The position numbers and the translations under genes are program-made. This document shows, one piece after another, positions 25,301 to 36,177 of a stretch of DNA of 64,000 bases; position 1 is the first letter of the stretch; every line of letters starts with the position of its first letter. The DNA comes from Fistulifera solaris (lineage: Eukaryota): positions 806,001 through 870,000 of the forward strand of contig AP026125.1 of NCBI GenBank assembly GCA_030295235.1, written 5' to 3'. The notes under the pieces are model-generated. The model had not been told where the DNA came from, did not search any database, and was given only the letters and a program-made list of their open reading frames with translations.

Positions 25301-26818
25301 ATGTCTTCCGATAGCGAAACTGATGACAGGAAACCTCCTCCGGTGACCGCCGGTACTCGACTCGCAGTTTCACCGAGCGCAAAAGTCGAAAAGGATGTTC
25401 AGGCCACTTTTTCCGAGCCCGTTCTCGCCAAAGTTCGGCCTTGTTCAAGGTTCTATCCCAGCTATTGGTGGTCCTCCGGATGCAAACTTTACTCGCAGTG
25501 TTAACCTTGTGCCTGCGACGCCCTACTGCTTCCGAGATCCGAATCCTTATCGCGCTGAGAAAAGTTTTAAGGATCGCATCGCCGGTCTCGACCCCAAGTT
25601 CAGTCCTACTGCGAATGACTACCGCCTTGTTGAGCTCGCTAGGATGAAGCGTTCAACCATTGTATTACGCATGGTCTCGATACGCCGTTCTACATGAATG
25701 ATCCTGCTGATCTCAGTCGTGTCATCGATCTCTTCGTGTACCATGGCAAGTTCACTTTCGACGAAGTCGCCAAGCATCTCGAAGACATGATCAAGTCCGG
25801 TGTCTTTGATCAGTACATGATCAACTCGCTAAGCGATTCGGCTGCTTTTCTGCTCAACTCGTTGGAGCTCTCCTTCCAGCGCACGATTCGTACTTCCTTG
25901 AGTTCCGGCCATGCCGCTTTGGCCCTTTGGTTTGGATGAAAATCACCGAAGAAGTTCTTCCCAACGCATTTCGCCGTGTCTCAGAGCTCGGAGAGGAGTT
26001 CACGGCGCACGTTGGTTGAAACTCCCGGTGAGAATGTTGCTGCTTGGGGCGAATGCGCGCAGATGGAGACTTTGCAGGAGTTGGAAGCTAATGACCAGCT
26101 CCCTCAGCGACCACTTGATTATTTTGCAGCAGCAGCTGTGCAAATGTTCGGTCGAAGGCGTTCCGTGTTCACTGGCACACGAAGTTGGCATCTCTCTCCG
26201 ACTTTGTGCGTCTCTCTGCCGGAAAGTCGAAGGAAGTTGCTGAAAGGATGAGCGGTTATACAAACTATCGCCGCATTCTCCATGAAGCTAAAGATTTCTA
26301 CAGCACCCTTAAGGACGATTGGGGACCGGCTAAAGGAGTTGCTACTGATGTTAGTGCTAATACTGCGGCTATCAAGAGTCTCAAAGCCGAGTTCAAGACC
26401 CTCAAGTCGAAATTCGAGTCGAACGGCACTAAAACTGCCTCCTCGAAGACCAAAGACAAGAAGGCGAACAAAGACAAGGCTGCTCCGAAGGCTAGCGGTG
26501 GTGATGGCGAAAGAAAAGCAGTGGTTCGACCGAAACTCGTTGGACTCGCATCGCGCCGAGGGCGAGCCCACCACCATGACCAAGTACGGCAAGACTTTCT
26601 ATTATTGGAGCCAAGTGCAAGCGTTGGAACCAGACTCATGGAACCGACGAGCACAAGAGCAAAGAAGAGAAGCCCGCTGATGCCAAGCCCGCCGCTCTCC
26701 TGCCGCTAATGTTGCTCAAGCTTGGACGGCACCCTTGCAGTTCTGTTGGGGTTCCGACAGCGATTCGAATAGGAAATCGGCAGGGAAGGTGAACCTTTCG
26801 ATCGAGGTCCCTTCCTGA
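25301..26818 (+). CDS. gag: Gag-like region, broken into several frames
   Basis: Starts MSSDSETDD. Lys-rich linker and a zinc-knuckle-like (C)AKCKRWNQTHGTDEH across a frame break near 26610. Confidence 0.6.
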
Positions 26819-27339
26819 GCCTTTTGTCCATATTTATCGGTCGTTTATTGTTGGAGCTTTCGCCGAAGCATTTTATTCTTTGCTGGTTGATTGTGGAGTG
26901 CTTTTCTTGGTGGCGTCATTTCCGTGTTGCTGCGACCATCTCGAAGTGGTTGCGTGCCCAAAGTGCCGCTCATCGTCGCTCTCTTGGTCTTCGGCCGATT
27001 CACGCCCTTTGCCCGAGCGTCTCATCTCTCTCCGTGTCGTTTCATGGTGCTTTCTTCGATCATGACGAGCATGTGGCGAGTGACGCTTACGCTCGGCGCC
27101 CCCGGTGTTGTTTATGGAGTCAACTTGGTGCCCGCCTGGCATGGCTGCTACCAGTTTCATCCAAGTGATCGCAGCCGACGTTTGCGCCGACCTCCTGATC
27201 CTTCTTCATCTTCAAACGATTCGTCTTGTCAGCATGGTGAGGATGGTGTTTTTCGGCGTCGCAAGCAAAATCGTTTTGTCGGGGAAACTGCGAGAGGAGC
27301 AAACGTCGTCGAAGACTTCAAGCGATTCCTCGTTGGGCC

Positions 27340-30300
27340 TTGGAGCTTCCGGATATGATTGACAGCAATGGCCATTTGTGTACCGAGTCTTTAGATTTAT
27401 CGTGTCCGCCGAACGGGCATCCTAAGCCTTGGAACCTACTGGACGACTCTCTTCTGTTTTGCTATCCCACTGGGCATTTCTTTCCAGAGGGAGCTGCTAG
27501 TGAAAGTGAGACGATGTTGCTTCGAGAGGGAGATAATAGTGTAGACAACTCTAAAGCCTACTTTGCACCGTACGCGAAGCTGCCCCCGTCTATTTATGCC
27601 CTCCCTGCTTTGCATCAAGTGCATGTCGCTGGAAAGCCTACCATGGCGGATCTGTTTCCGGTTATTTGGGATACTGGAGCCACAGTTGCTGTTACTTTCG
27701 ACCGTGCTGACTTCACGTCCTACACTCCGACTACTGGCGATAAAGTTTTGTCTGGCTTTGCTGCAGGTTCTTCGATTGCCGGCACGGGCACTCTTGAGTG
27801 GACTGTTACTCTGTCCAACGGCAAGGGCTTTACTTTTCGGATCCCTGGGCTACATGTGCCCGATGCCAATGTCCGACTCTTCAGCCCACAGTCCTACTGT
27901 CAATTGGTGAAGGCGCAACGTAACGACGAACCGCGTTTTTCAGGCGACTCGAGCCTCATTCATGTCGATCTGTTGGACGGCCACTTTCTTGATATTGTTT
28001 ACTCTCCGGAAAACAACTTGCCTACTCTGGAGATGTTCCGAAAACAATCTGTTGCTCTCAATGCTGCAAAGATTCGAAACTGTGTGACCGCGGCTGAGAA
28101 TCAAAACTTGAGTGAAGCACAGAAATTTCTTCTTCGCTTACATTTCCGATTTGTTCACCCGAAGCATGAAAAATATTCAAGCCTTGCTCAAAACCGGCGC
28201 TCGGAAAGTCTGCTGAAGTCAAAGCGCGGCGTTGTGATATTCCCAAGTGCTGCTTGCATGTATGGAAAAGGAAAGCGCAAGTCGACTGGAGCAAAATTGA
28301 CCGTCGATCGCCAATCCAAAGTTCTCTCGAAGGATATTTTAATTCCGGGCCAGAAGGTTTCAATGGATCACTTCTCTGTTTCAACGAGGGGACGTCTCTA
28401 CTCTGGTTTCGGTGGTACCAAAGATGATGAGAAGTTCAAAGGCGGTGTGATTTTTGTCGATCATGCAAGTGGATTCGTGTACGTCGTTCACGTTTTGAAT
28501 TTTACTGCTGGCGAGGGCTTTCGCGCCAAGTTGGAGTTCGAAAGTGCAATGGCTAATCACGGCATCACGGTGGTCCAATATCATACCGACAATGGCACGT
28601 TCTGGCGCAGGAGTTCACAAAGCAAATTGATACTGAACTACCAGTCGATGACTCTCAGTGGACCTGGTGCTCACCACCAAAATGCTGTTGCTGAGCGCGA
28701 TCGGAAGTATTATATCTCTTGCACGCACCACGATGCTACATGCTAAACTGCGTTGGCCGGCGATTTCTTCGGATTTGTGGCCTCAGGCGATCGATTATGT
28801 CGTTCAAAATTTCAACTACGGACCCGGCGAAAATAATTCATCTCCGGCTGATATGATCTTCAGAACAACGACCGATCGAAAAGTGTTTGCTGATATGCAT
28901 GTATGGGGATCACCCGCGTATATTTTGAACCCTCAATTGCAAGATGGGCACAAGATTCCAAAATTTGAACCTCGCTCGAGACGCGTTTTCTTGGGTTTGT
29001 CAAAGCGGCATGCATCGAATGTTCCTGTCGTTCTGAACCTAGAAACAAACCGGATTTCCGCGCAGTTCCATGTTGTTGTTGATGATTGGTTTGCCACTGT
29101 TTCGAATGTCGCTAATGAGGATGATTCTGTCGATCCGGAGACTTGGGCCGACATCTTCGCATCATCTCGCTTTCAGGTATTTTTCGATGAGGATGATCCG
29201 ATCGACTTGGATGATGAATGGTTGAGTCAAGATGAGTTGCATGTTCGAATTCAAGAGCGATCTCGCAAAATTCGAAGCGTCCAAGACACTGCTAGCCCTC
29301 CAGTTGATTTCGACAAAGTGCACCAGCGATTACGAACCGATGCCGAGCCTACAACTGAAAAGAGTTCAAACGAGCCTACATTGCAGAGGGAGCCAGAACA
29401 AAAGACAGTTACTACTCCTGTTAAATTATCTGAGCCTATTTCAAAGCCGGTTGAGCCGATTCCTGCTCCAAAGGTTGCTGTGGATGCCAAGCCTCCATCA
29501 AGTTCGCCAGCGGAAGAAGACACCAGCTGTTCCTGCCGAACCTCGCCGATCCACTCGCGAGACGTGCTCCAAAGAGATTCAATGAATTTATTACAAACGT
29601 TGCTTCGGTTGTTCTTGCGCCGATTCCTCGCGAAACTTTCTCTTTTATTGCGTCGATTCATTCCGGCCTTGTTGCTTGTTGGGATTCGGAGATCGGCGAG
29701 TTTGATTTGCGCGACCCTGTTGCTTTTGCGCTATGCAGCGTGCAAAGAAGCCAAAGAAAGGTTCCGATCCCGACTATCCAATGTATCATCAAGCAATGTC
29801 GTCTGCCGAATATCGAGAATGGCAAGAGGCGATGGTGAAAGAAATTCGAATGTTGGAGATGATGGGGACGTGGAAGAAAATTCCGCGAGCTTCAGTACCT
29901 GCGAATAAGCGCGTGATAAAATCCACTTGGGCGTTTCGGCTTAAACGTTCACCGGATGGGACACCCACGAAGTACAAGGCGAGGTTTTGTGTTCGTGGCG
30001 ACATGGAGATAAAAGGAGTAGACTACTTCGAGTCCTACTCTCCTGTCGTACAGTGGTCCACAGTTCGGTTGCTGTTAATTATGTCCATTGTCCACGGAAT
30101 GCATACCCGCCAAGTTGATTATGTCAATGCGTTTGCTCAAGCCCCTTTGCCACCTACTGAAGAGTGCTACATTGAGATGCCTCAAGGATTTCACGACGAT
30201 GGCGAAGACACTGTTTTGATGCTCCAGAAGACGCTTTCACGGAAAGTCCGACAGTCCACTCCGATTCTTCAACTTGTTGAAGGACACTTTGGAGAAGCAT

Positions 30301-31493
30301 GGTTTCAAACAGTTGGTCGACATCGATGCTTGCCTGTTCGTGCACGAAAATTATTTGTTTGACTTATGTCGATGATTGCCTTTGGTTCAGTCTCGATGAA
30401 AAGTGCATGGATGACATGATTGACACTATTGACAAGGTTTTAACTTTAACTGTGGAGTCGAAAGATGTTTCCGCGTTCTTGGGAATTCAGTTTACCCGTC
30501 GTGGAGATACTATCGAGTTGACCCAGAAAGGTCTCATTAAACGCGTCATCGAAGCCACCGACATGGCTGATTGTAATTCTTGCGACACGCCTGCTGAAAA
30601 CAAGCCATTGGGAAAAGATTTGGCTGGTGCTGCGTTTGCCGAGTCTTGGAATTATGCTTCGGTTGTCGGAATGTTGCTCTACTTGTCGTCAAACTCTCGA
30701 CCGGATATTGCATTTGCTGTCCACCAGTGCGCTCGCTTCACTCATTCACCACGGCAAAGTCATGCTAAAGCAATCAAGAGAATAGTGCGTTATTTAAAAG
30801 GAACGGCCGATCGTGGTTTGGTGATGCGTCCGACGAAAGAGTTGAAAATTGATTGTTTTGTTGATGCCGACTTTGCCGGATTGTGGGGTGCGGAAGATCC
30901 TGAAGATCCGATAAGTGTGAAGTCGCGTACTGGTTATATTTTGACGCTCGGCAATTGCCCCCTACTTTGGGTATCGAAGCTACAGTCTGAAATCTCTCTA
31001 AGTACGATGGAGAGTGAATATGTCGCATTGAGTACCGCCATGCGCGATGTTTTGCCGATGCGAAGACTTGTTACTGCTGTTGCTAAGGCTATTACTGGAG
31101 AAGACCAAGTCGAGAGCATTGCCCATTCGGATGTATTTGAAGACAACAATGGAGCGCTCACTCTTGCTACAATTCCGCTGGATGACCCCTCGCTCGAAGC
31201 ACTATGGCACGAAATATCATTTCTTCCGACAACATGTTCAAAGTGGTGAATTGAAAATCAACAAGATTGACACTAAAGAACAGCTTGCGGATATCATGAC
31301 GAAAGGATTGCCTAGGGAAACGTTTACCTATCTTCGAGACAAGTTAATGGGTTGGGTTGAAAGTGATCCCTCTTCGTCTGAGAGGGAGTGTCACGGAAAT
31401 GCGGATAGCGGGCAGACTACTAGGGACTCAGCCAATATGGCCGCACGACCTAATGCGAATTCCGATCCCCAAATCGGAAGCATCCGAATGTAA
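27340..31493 (+). CDS. pol: Copia pol (protease, integrase, RT, RNase H), multiply frameshifted
   Basis: WDTGA protease; MDH/TDNG/QNAVAER integrase; YKARFCVRGD, DYVNAF and YVDD RT; DADFAG, EDNNGA and QLADIMTKGL RNase H. Confidence 0.93.
31380..31388 (+). promoter_or_regulatory. Polypurine tract
   Basis: GAGAGGGAG immediately before the 3' LTR TG. Confidence 0.85.
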
Positions 31494-31839
31494 CCTCTTG
31501 GGCGAGGCCCAAGGGTCTTTGCACGATTTGGGTTGATCGTGAAGGCGTGAAAGGTTTGCAAGCAACGCGATACAAGAATGTTAGAGCCACATACGTGAGC
31601 TCAGAATTTCAAGATAAAACAAGACCTAGTCCGATGGCAGTGACATTCTCGGCGGAACCATCACCCAGTGAGATTCCACCTTGTTCATTTGTCGGATTTG
31701 TAAAGGCTTCATAATATTGTTGTTTGGAAAACTTTGACTGTTTATCGTCTTAGCTCTACCAGATACTTCCTCTTCTGTTGTTGCGAAACGTAGCGACTTG
31801 GTTGACAGAATTTCTGTTTCTGTCCGTCGATACGTGAGA
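31389..31839 (+). repeat. 3' LTR
   Basis: Copy of 24751-25201, followed by ATCAT. Confidence 0.96.
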
Positions 31840-32364
31840 ATCATGGTCGCGCCTCGCGCGATCGCGTCGCGAAAAAATGCTCCATCTTACGGGTTACGGG
31901 ACTGATGATCTTTGAAGTCGTGAGTTAGGGGACAGTGGCTTAAAGTGTAAACGGAGTATTACTTTTTCCAAGACAGGATTTCGGTCACGAGACAAAACTA
32001 CCTTTTACTCACTTTGCTTCCCTCGTATCTGCAAACGTCACGCGTAAACCTTCAAAAATTATTATTTTAATATTTGCTTGTATTGTGAGACACTCTGTTG
32101 CATTTCCAAGCCGTTGCGCGATCATATTTGTCGAGAAATAACATCATTCCTTAGGGGTTATCGCTGCGCTAAGGGCAGCGTTAACCAGAGTTGATCCTAA
32201 ACCTTACTTCGCCTCAAGTTTTACGTCCTCCCGGAATTCCCAAGAACACACCGCAGCCGCAGGGTCAGAATTTCGGTTCATTTCCTCTCCATTCCATTTT
32301 CGTCCAAATCTATTTACAAGAAGTAGTCGTAAACACAAATTCTTGTGCAAAAGGAGCATCATTA

Positions 32365-33660
32365 ATGAAAATGACGTTTTGGATGTCTGCTACAGCCATA
32401 GCAGCCAAGCTAGACAGGCTTCGAGCTGCGGAGACTCGACTGCTGGAGCTCGCCCATCGTTTCGGACGTAATCGAGCCAAGATTGAAGTTGTTGATACGT
32501 TCATTCCGAGAAATCTCATTCCGCTGGTCTCTCATGACCATGATCTGGTGAAACTAGGAAATGACGATGATTCTTTTGTGATACACAGTGTAAAAGTTAC
32601 GTCAGAGCAGGACAAGACAGAAGAAGTTAATGCACCGCTGGTGTTGTTGCACGGCTATATGAATGGTGCCGCCTATTTTTATCGCAATTTGGTGGGTCTC
32701 AGTAGCGCCTTTGATACCGTACACTCAATTGATTTGTTGGGATGGGGTTTGTCCTCGCGTCCCAGGTTTGAATTGAAACAAATAGAGGAAGAAGCGAGTC
32801 ACCAGTCGGATACTTTCATGGTGCGACAAGCGGAACACTTCTTTGTGGAATCCCTGGAGGCATGGCGACATTCTCAGGGAATACCCAAAATGGTGTTAGC
32901 CGGTCATTCCATGGGAGGTTACATCAGCGTTGCATACGCCGAACGCTACCCAGAGCGCGTGGAGAAGCTGGTATTAATATCGCCAGCGGGAGTGCCCGCC
33001 GAAGAGTCGCCCGAACGACAAAAGAGACTCGATGAAGCACGAAAGAGGTCTCTTTTCTTTCGATTCGTTGTCGGTACATGGTCAACACTATATTCATGGA
33101 ATAGTACTATTGGAAGCTTGCTGCGGATGTTACCGGAAGAGAGGGCCTATGGGTCGGCCCTTGGGTATGTGCAACGCAGGCTTCCTGCCATATCGGATGA
33201 AGAGGAACAGAAAGCTGTCACAGATTATTTGGTTTTGAATAATCTTCTTCCAGGATCGGGGGAGTACTGTGTGGGTGCATTTTTGACACAATTTCTGCAG
33301 GGTCGCGAGCCTACAGAATTACGTATTCCTAGATTGAAAGTTCCATCCGTATCGTTTCTGTACGGAGCACAGGATTGGATGGACATTCATGGAGCTCTCC
33401 GAGTTGAGGCGCATTGCGGGGACGAGAAAGATGTTGCTGTATACAGAGTCAGCAACGCAGGACACTTACTCATGCTTGAAAATTGGCAAGAATTCAATAA
33501 TGGATTAATACACGCAACCGGAAGGAAAATGAACGGTATTGGTTCTCTGCCAGAACGTGTAACCCCTTCTGACGTTCATTTCCGTGATGCTGCTCGAATT
33601 ATGTCTGCTTGGAAGAACGGTGTCTCAGAAATAAGCTCAGAGAGTCTTGAGGCGTCCTAG
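32365..33660 (+). CDS. ABHD4/ABHD5 (CGI-58/Ict1)-like alpha/beta hydrolase
   Basis: LLHGY, DLLGWGLSSRP, FVESLEAWR, GHSMGGY, LISPAG, YGAQDWMD and AGH motifs. Confidence 0.87.
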   Translation: MKMTFWMSATAIAAKLDRLRAAETRLLELAHRFGRNRAKIEVVDTFIPRNLIPLVSHDHDLVKLGNDDDSFVIHSVKVTSEQDKTEEVNAPLVLLHGYMNGAAYFYRNLVGLSSAFDTVHSIDLLGWGLSSRPRFELKQIEEEASHQSDTFMVRQAEHFFVESLEAWRHSQGIPKMVLAGHSMGGYISVAYAERYPERVEKLVLISPAGVPAEESPERQKRLDEARKRSLFFRFVVGTWSTLYSWNSTIGSLLRMLPEERAYGSALGYVQRRLPAISDEEEQKAVTDYLVLNNLLPGSGEYCVGAFLTQFLQGREPTELRIPRLKVPSVSFLYGAQDWMDIHGALRVEAHCGDEKDVAVYRVSNAGHLLMLENWQEFNNGLIHATGRKMNGIGSLPERVTPSDVHFRDAARIMSAWKNGVSEISSESLEAS

Positions 33661-33717
33661 GGGAGTGCAGCTACTACATAACATGCTTAAATTGTAATTT
33701 TTCCTTTTATTCCTAAA

Positions 33718-35617
33718 CTAGAGCAGCCCTTGTCGGGCAAGATCCTCGTATGCAGTCCTTGATAATATATTTCCGTGAGAATCCTCAAACTGCTCCTCTT
33801 CTGCTCCGTCAAATTGATTCTGATTTAGTTTAGCACCAAGATTTTCCCAAAGTCTCTTTGCATCATCGATGTTGGTGACACCATGAAAATGCTTCGTGTT
33901 TGGTATTCCCAGACTTTTTCATTCCCGCAGCGTGGCGCTGCTCAGCAAAATGGAGCTCAAAGTTGCGTCGTCCCCGATAGCTTTCCCCGCCGCAAATCTC
34001 ACAGGGATAGTAGTGATTCAATCCATGTAATTTGAAAAGCCAGTAGGCGATCGGTTTGCCATCCCAGTCGAGAGGGACGTTCTTGGGATTGTAGATGGGA
34101 GCATCATCATCCGAGTCACCATCATCGTTACCTCTCGTTCCCGATTTCTTCGTCGCGTCGGCGGGTACCCCGTAGAGATCTTCCTGGATTTCTCGTTCGC
34201 GTTCTGCCAACGTTTGCGTCATTTGTCGCTCACATCGTCGAATAGATGCATCCAAAGTAGGTCGTAGCTGGTCAAGAAAAGCTTGGACGATGAACTCTTG
34301 CCGAGCAATGTCAATACGCTGCATGGAAGATGACGATGCATTTGACTTTTTCGCGAATAGCGAGGGCGGAAGCTCTTCTAACTTCTTATCACGTAACAGG
34401 AATAATCGTTTAGCCCGGTCGAGTGCAGCACCGCCACACTTCAGACCGAGTCGTGACAGCTCCAACTTTAACTTGTCACCGTCAACGGCTTCTGCCAATT
34501 CCTCCGGAGTCGAGAACTGGGAAAGGTCCAAGCTGGATGACGCCGTTCCACTCGAGTTGTCTTCTGCTAATGCAGCTTCGATCGGTTTGCACGACCAGAC
34601 CGTTGGTACACCCCCTTTTTCCCTCCAAATGTCGTTACACTTTTTCAACGCTTCCATCTCAATGGCTTTAGCGTCGATCAAAGGAGCCGTTCGGTTCAGA
34701 AAGGATTGAAGGTAAGTCTGTAGAGACGTCAAAAATCGAACATACTTTTTTCGATTAGATAGTTTCGCAGCCTCGTCCATCGGAAAGGCGTGACTGCCAG
34801 TATTGTCCAACCCGTTGGCAAGAAATTGCAAAAAGTCGATATATTGACCCATCTTTGTTTCCGATCCAGAGAAAAGACCATCTTGTTGAGTCTGAATGTA
34901 AATCGCATGAAGATCCAAGTATTTTCCGAGCACTTCGTCCGGCGAAAACACAGATTCTTCATTCTGCAAACCTATTAAACGCTGCTGAATCGTAGCGGAA
35001 AGATCGTATCCATCCGCAGCCGGATTTCCCCATCGCCGGCGTTTGTGAGGTCGTGAGGAGTCGTCTTCCACGTGCAAAGGTTGATGCCGGGCATGATAGA
35101 CTCGCAAAGCCTGCAATCGTTCATCCAATAATTTGAGCCATACGTTGGGATCCTTGGGTTGTGCCTTCAAAACAGACCAGGCTTTCTGCAGCGCGGCACC
35201 TTCCAAAAGTCGATTTGCCGTCATGTGCTGCGCCTGTTCCGCCATTTGTTGTACACTCAAGGCTTGAACGGTTCGATGAACGGTGGTGGCCCATTGTCCT
35301 CCGGCCGTTGGGTCGCTTTGTGGAGGTAGAGAAGCAATCCCTTCTTCGGTCAAATCCACAATGGTCGAGAGCGCGTCTTGCACTCCTCCTGTGGTGATCG
35401 GTTCACTTCCCGGATCGAGTGCTTTAATCAAACCCAGCGGTACTTTGAGAAGCGATGAACCTAGGACCGTCCATGCTTCCATCTCGGCTTCGTTACACCT
35501 CGCTTTCTCTAGAATGCGCGTTGCTTGGGCCATGGCCTGTCGCTGAATTTCTTCCGGATTGTCGATGATTACATCGGTGCTCTCTTGTGCGGCATTATCC
35601 TCCATTTCCGTCGTCAT
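33718..35617 (-). CDS. SF3A3: Splicing factor SF3a60/Prp9; apparent frameshift near 33915
   Basis: GKYLDLH, GLKCGG..RAKRLF, YNPKNVPLDWDGKPIAYWLFKLHGL, CEICG..YRGRRNFELHF.E.RH, and a terminal YEDLARQGLL in the shifted frame. Confidence 0.93.
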
Positions 35618-36177
35618 GTGGGCTCAATACTGAAGCTTTCGCTCAGGTAGTCTATTTTAAAAAGGTTTGATATTTGAAACGAAATAACGCGTGTCATCAT
35701 CATCATGGTCGGGAAAGCATCGACAAAACCCTGCCGTTCTTGAAACGTACCACGGACGGACGAACTCCATCTCTAATAAGATCCAGTCAAAGCATACCTC
35801 TTGCGTCAGTGGGAGTGCGCGTCAAAAAGTCAAAACCGCCAACGTCTGTGCATCGCACCAACTTGAAGTCCTCTTCGCCGTGCGTGCAGTATCCAACGAC
35901 CCAAGCGACATCCGTCATCGACGACCGCGCCCACCATTTTGCAACACTCGATGATTTTGCATTCTCTTTGTTGTGAAAACAGATCGTTTGGAAGCAACCC
36001 TTTCCTTTAGTTCCTACTACGTTCCTCTTCTTGCAAAGAAAGAGTGTAGTGTATCCCCGTTCGTTAACATTCGGCAGTAGCTACTTTAACGAGTGTTTTC
36101 CTTCTCCTCCGAACGACGTGTCGCAGTTACTTTTACTATTACTATTATTAGAAACAACCAAACGACTTAAAATCATC

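Larger units (their letters stand above)
24751..31839 (+). mobile_element. Full-length Ty1/copia LTR retrotransposon (CoDi-like)
   Basis: Two 451-bp LTRs, ATCAT 5-bp duplication at 24746-24750 and 31840-31844, PBS, PPT, and domain order gag-PR-IN-RT-RH. Confidence 0.97.
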
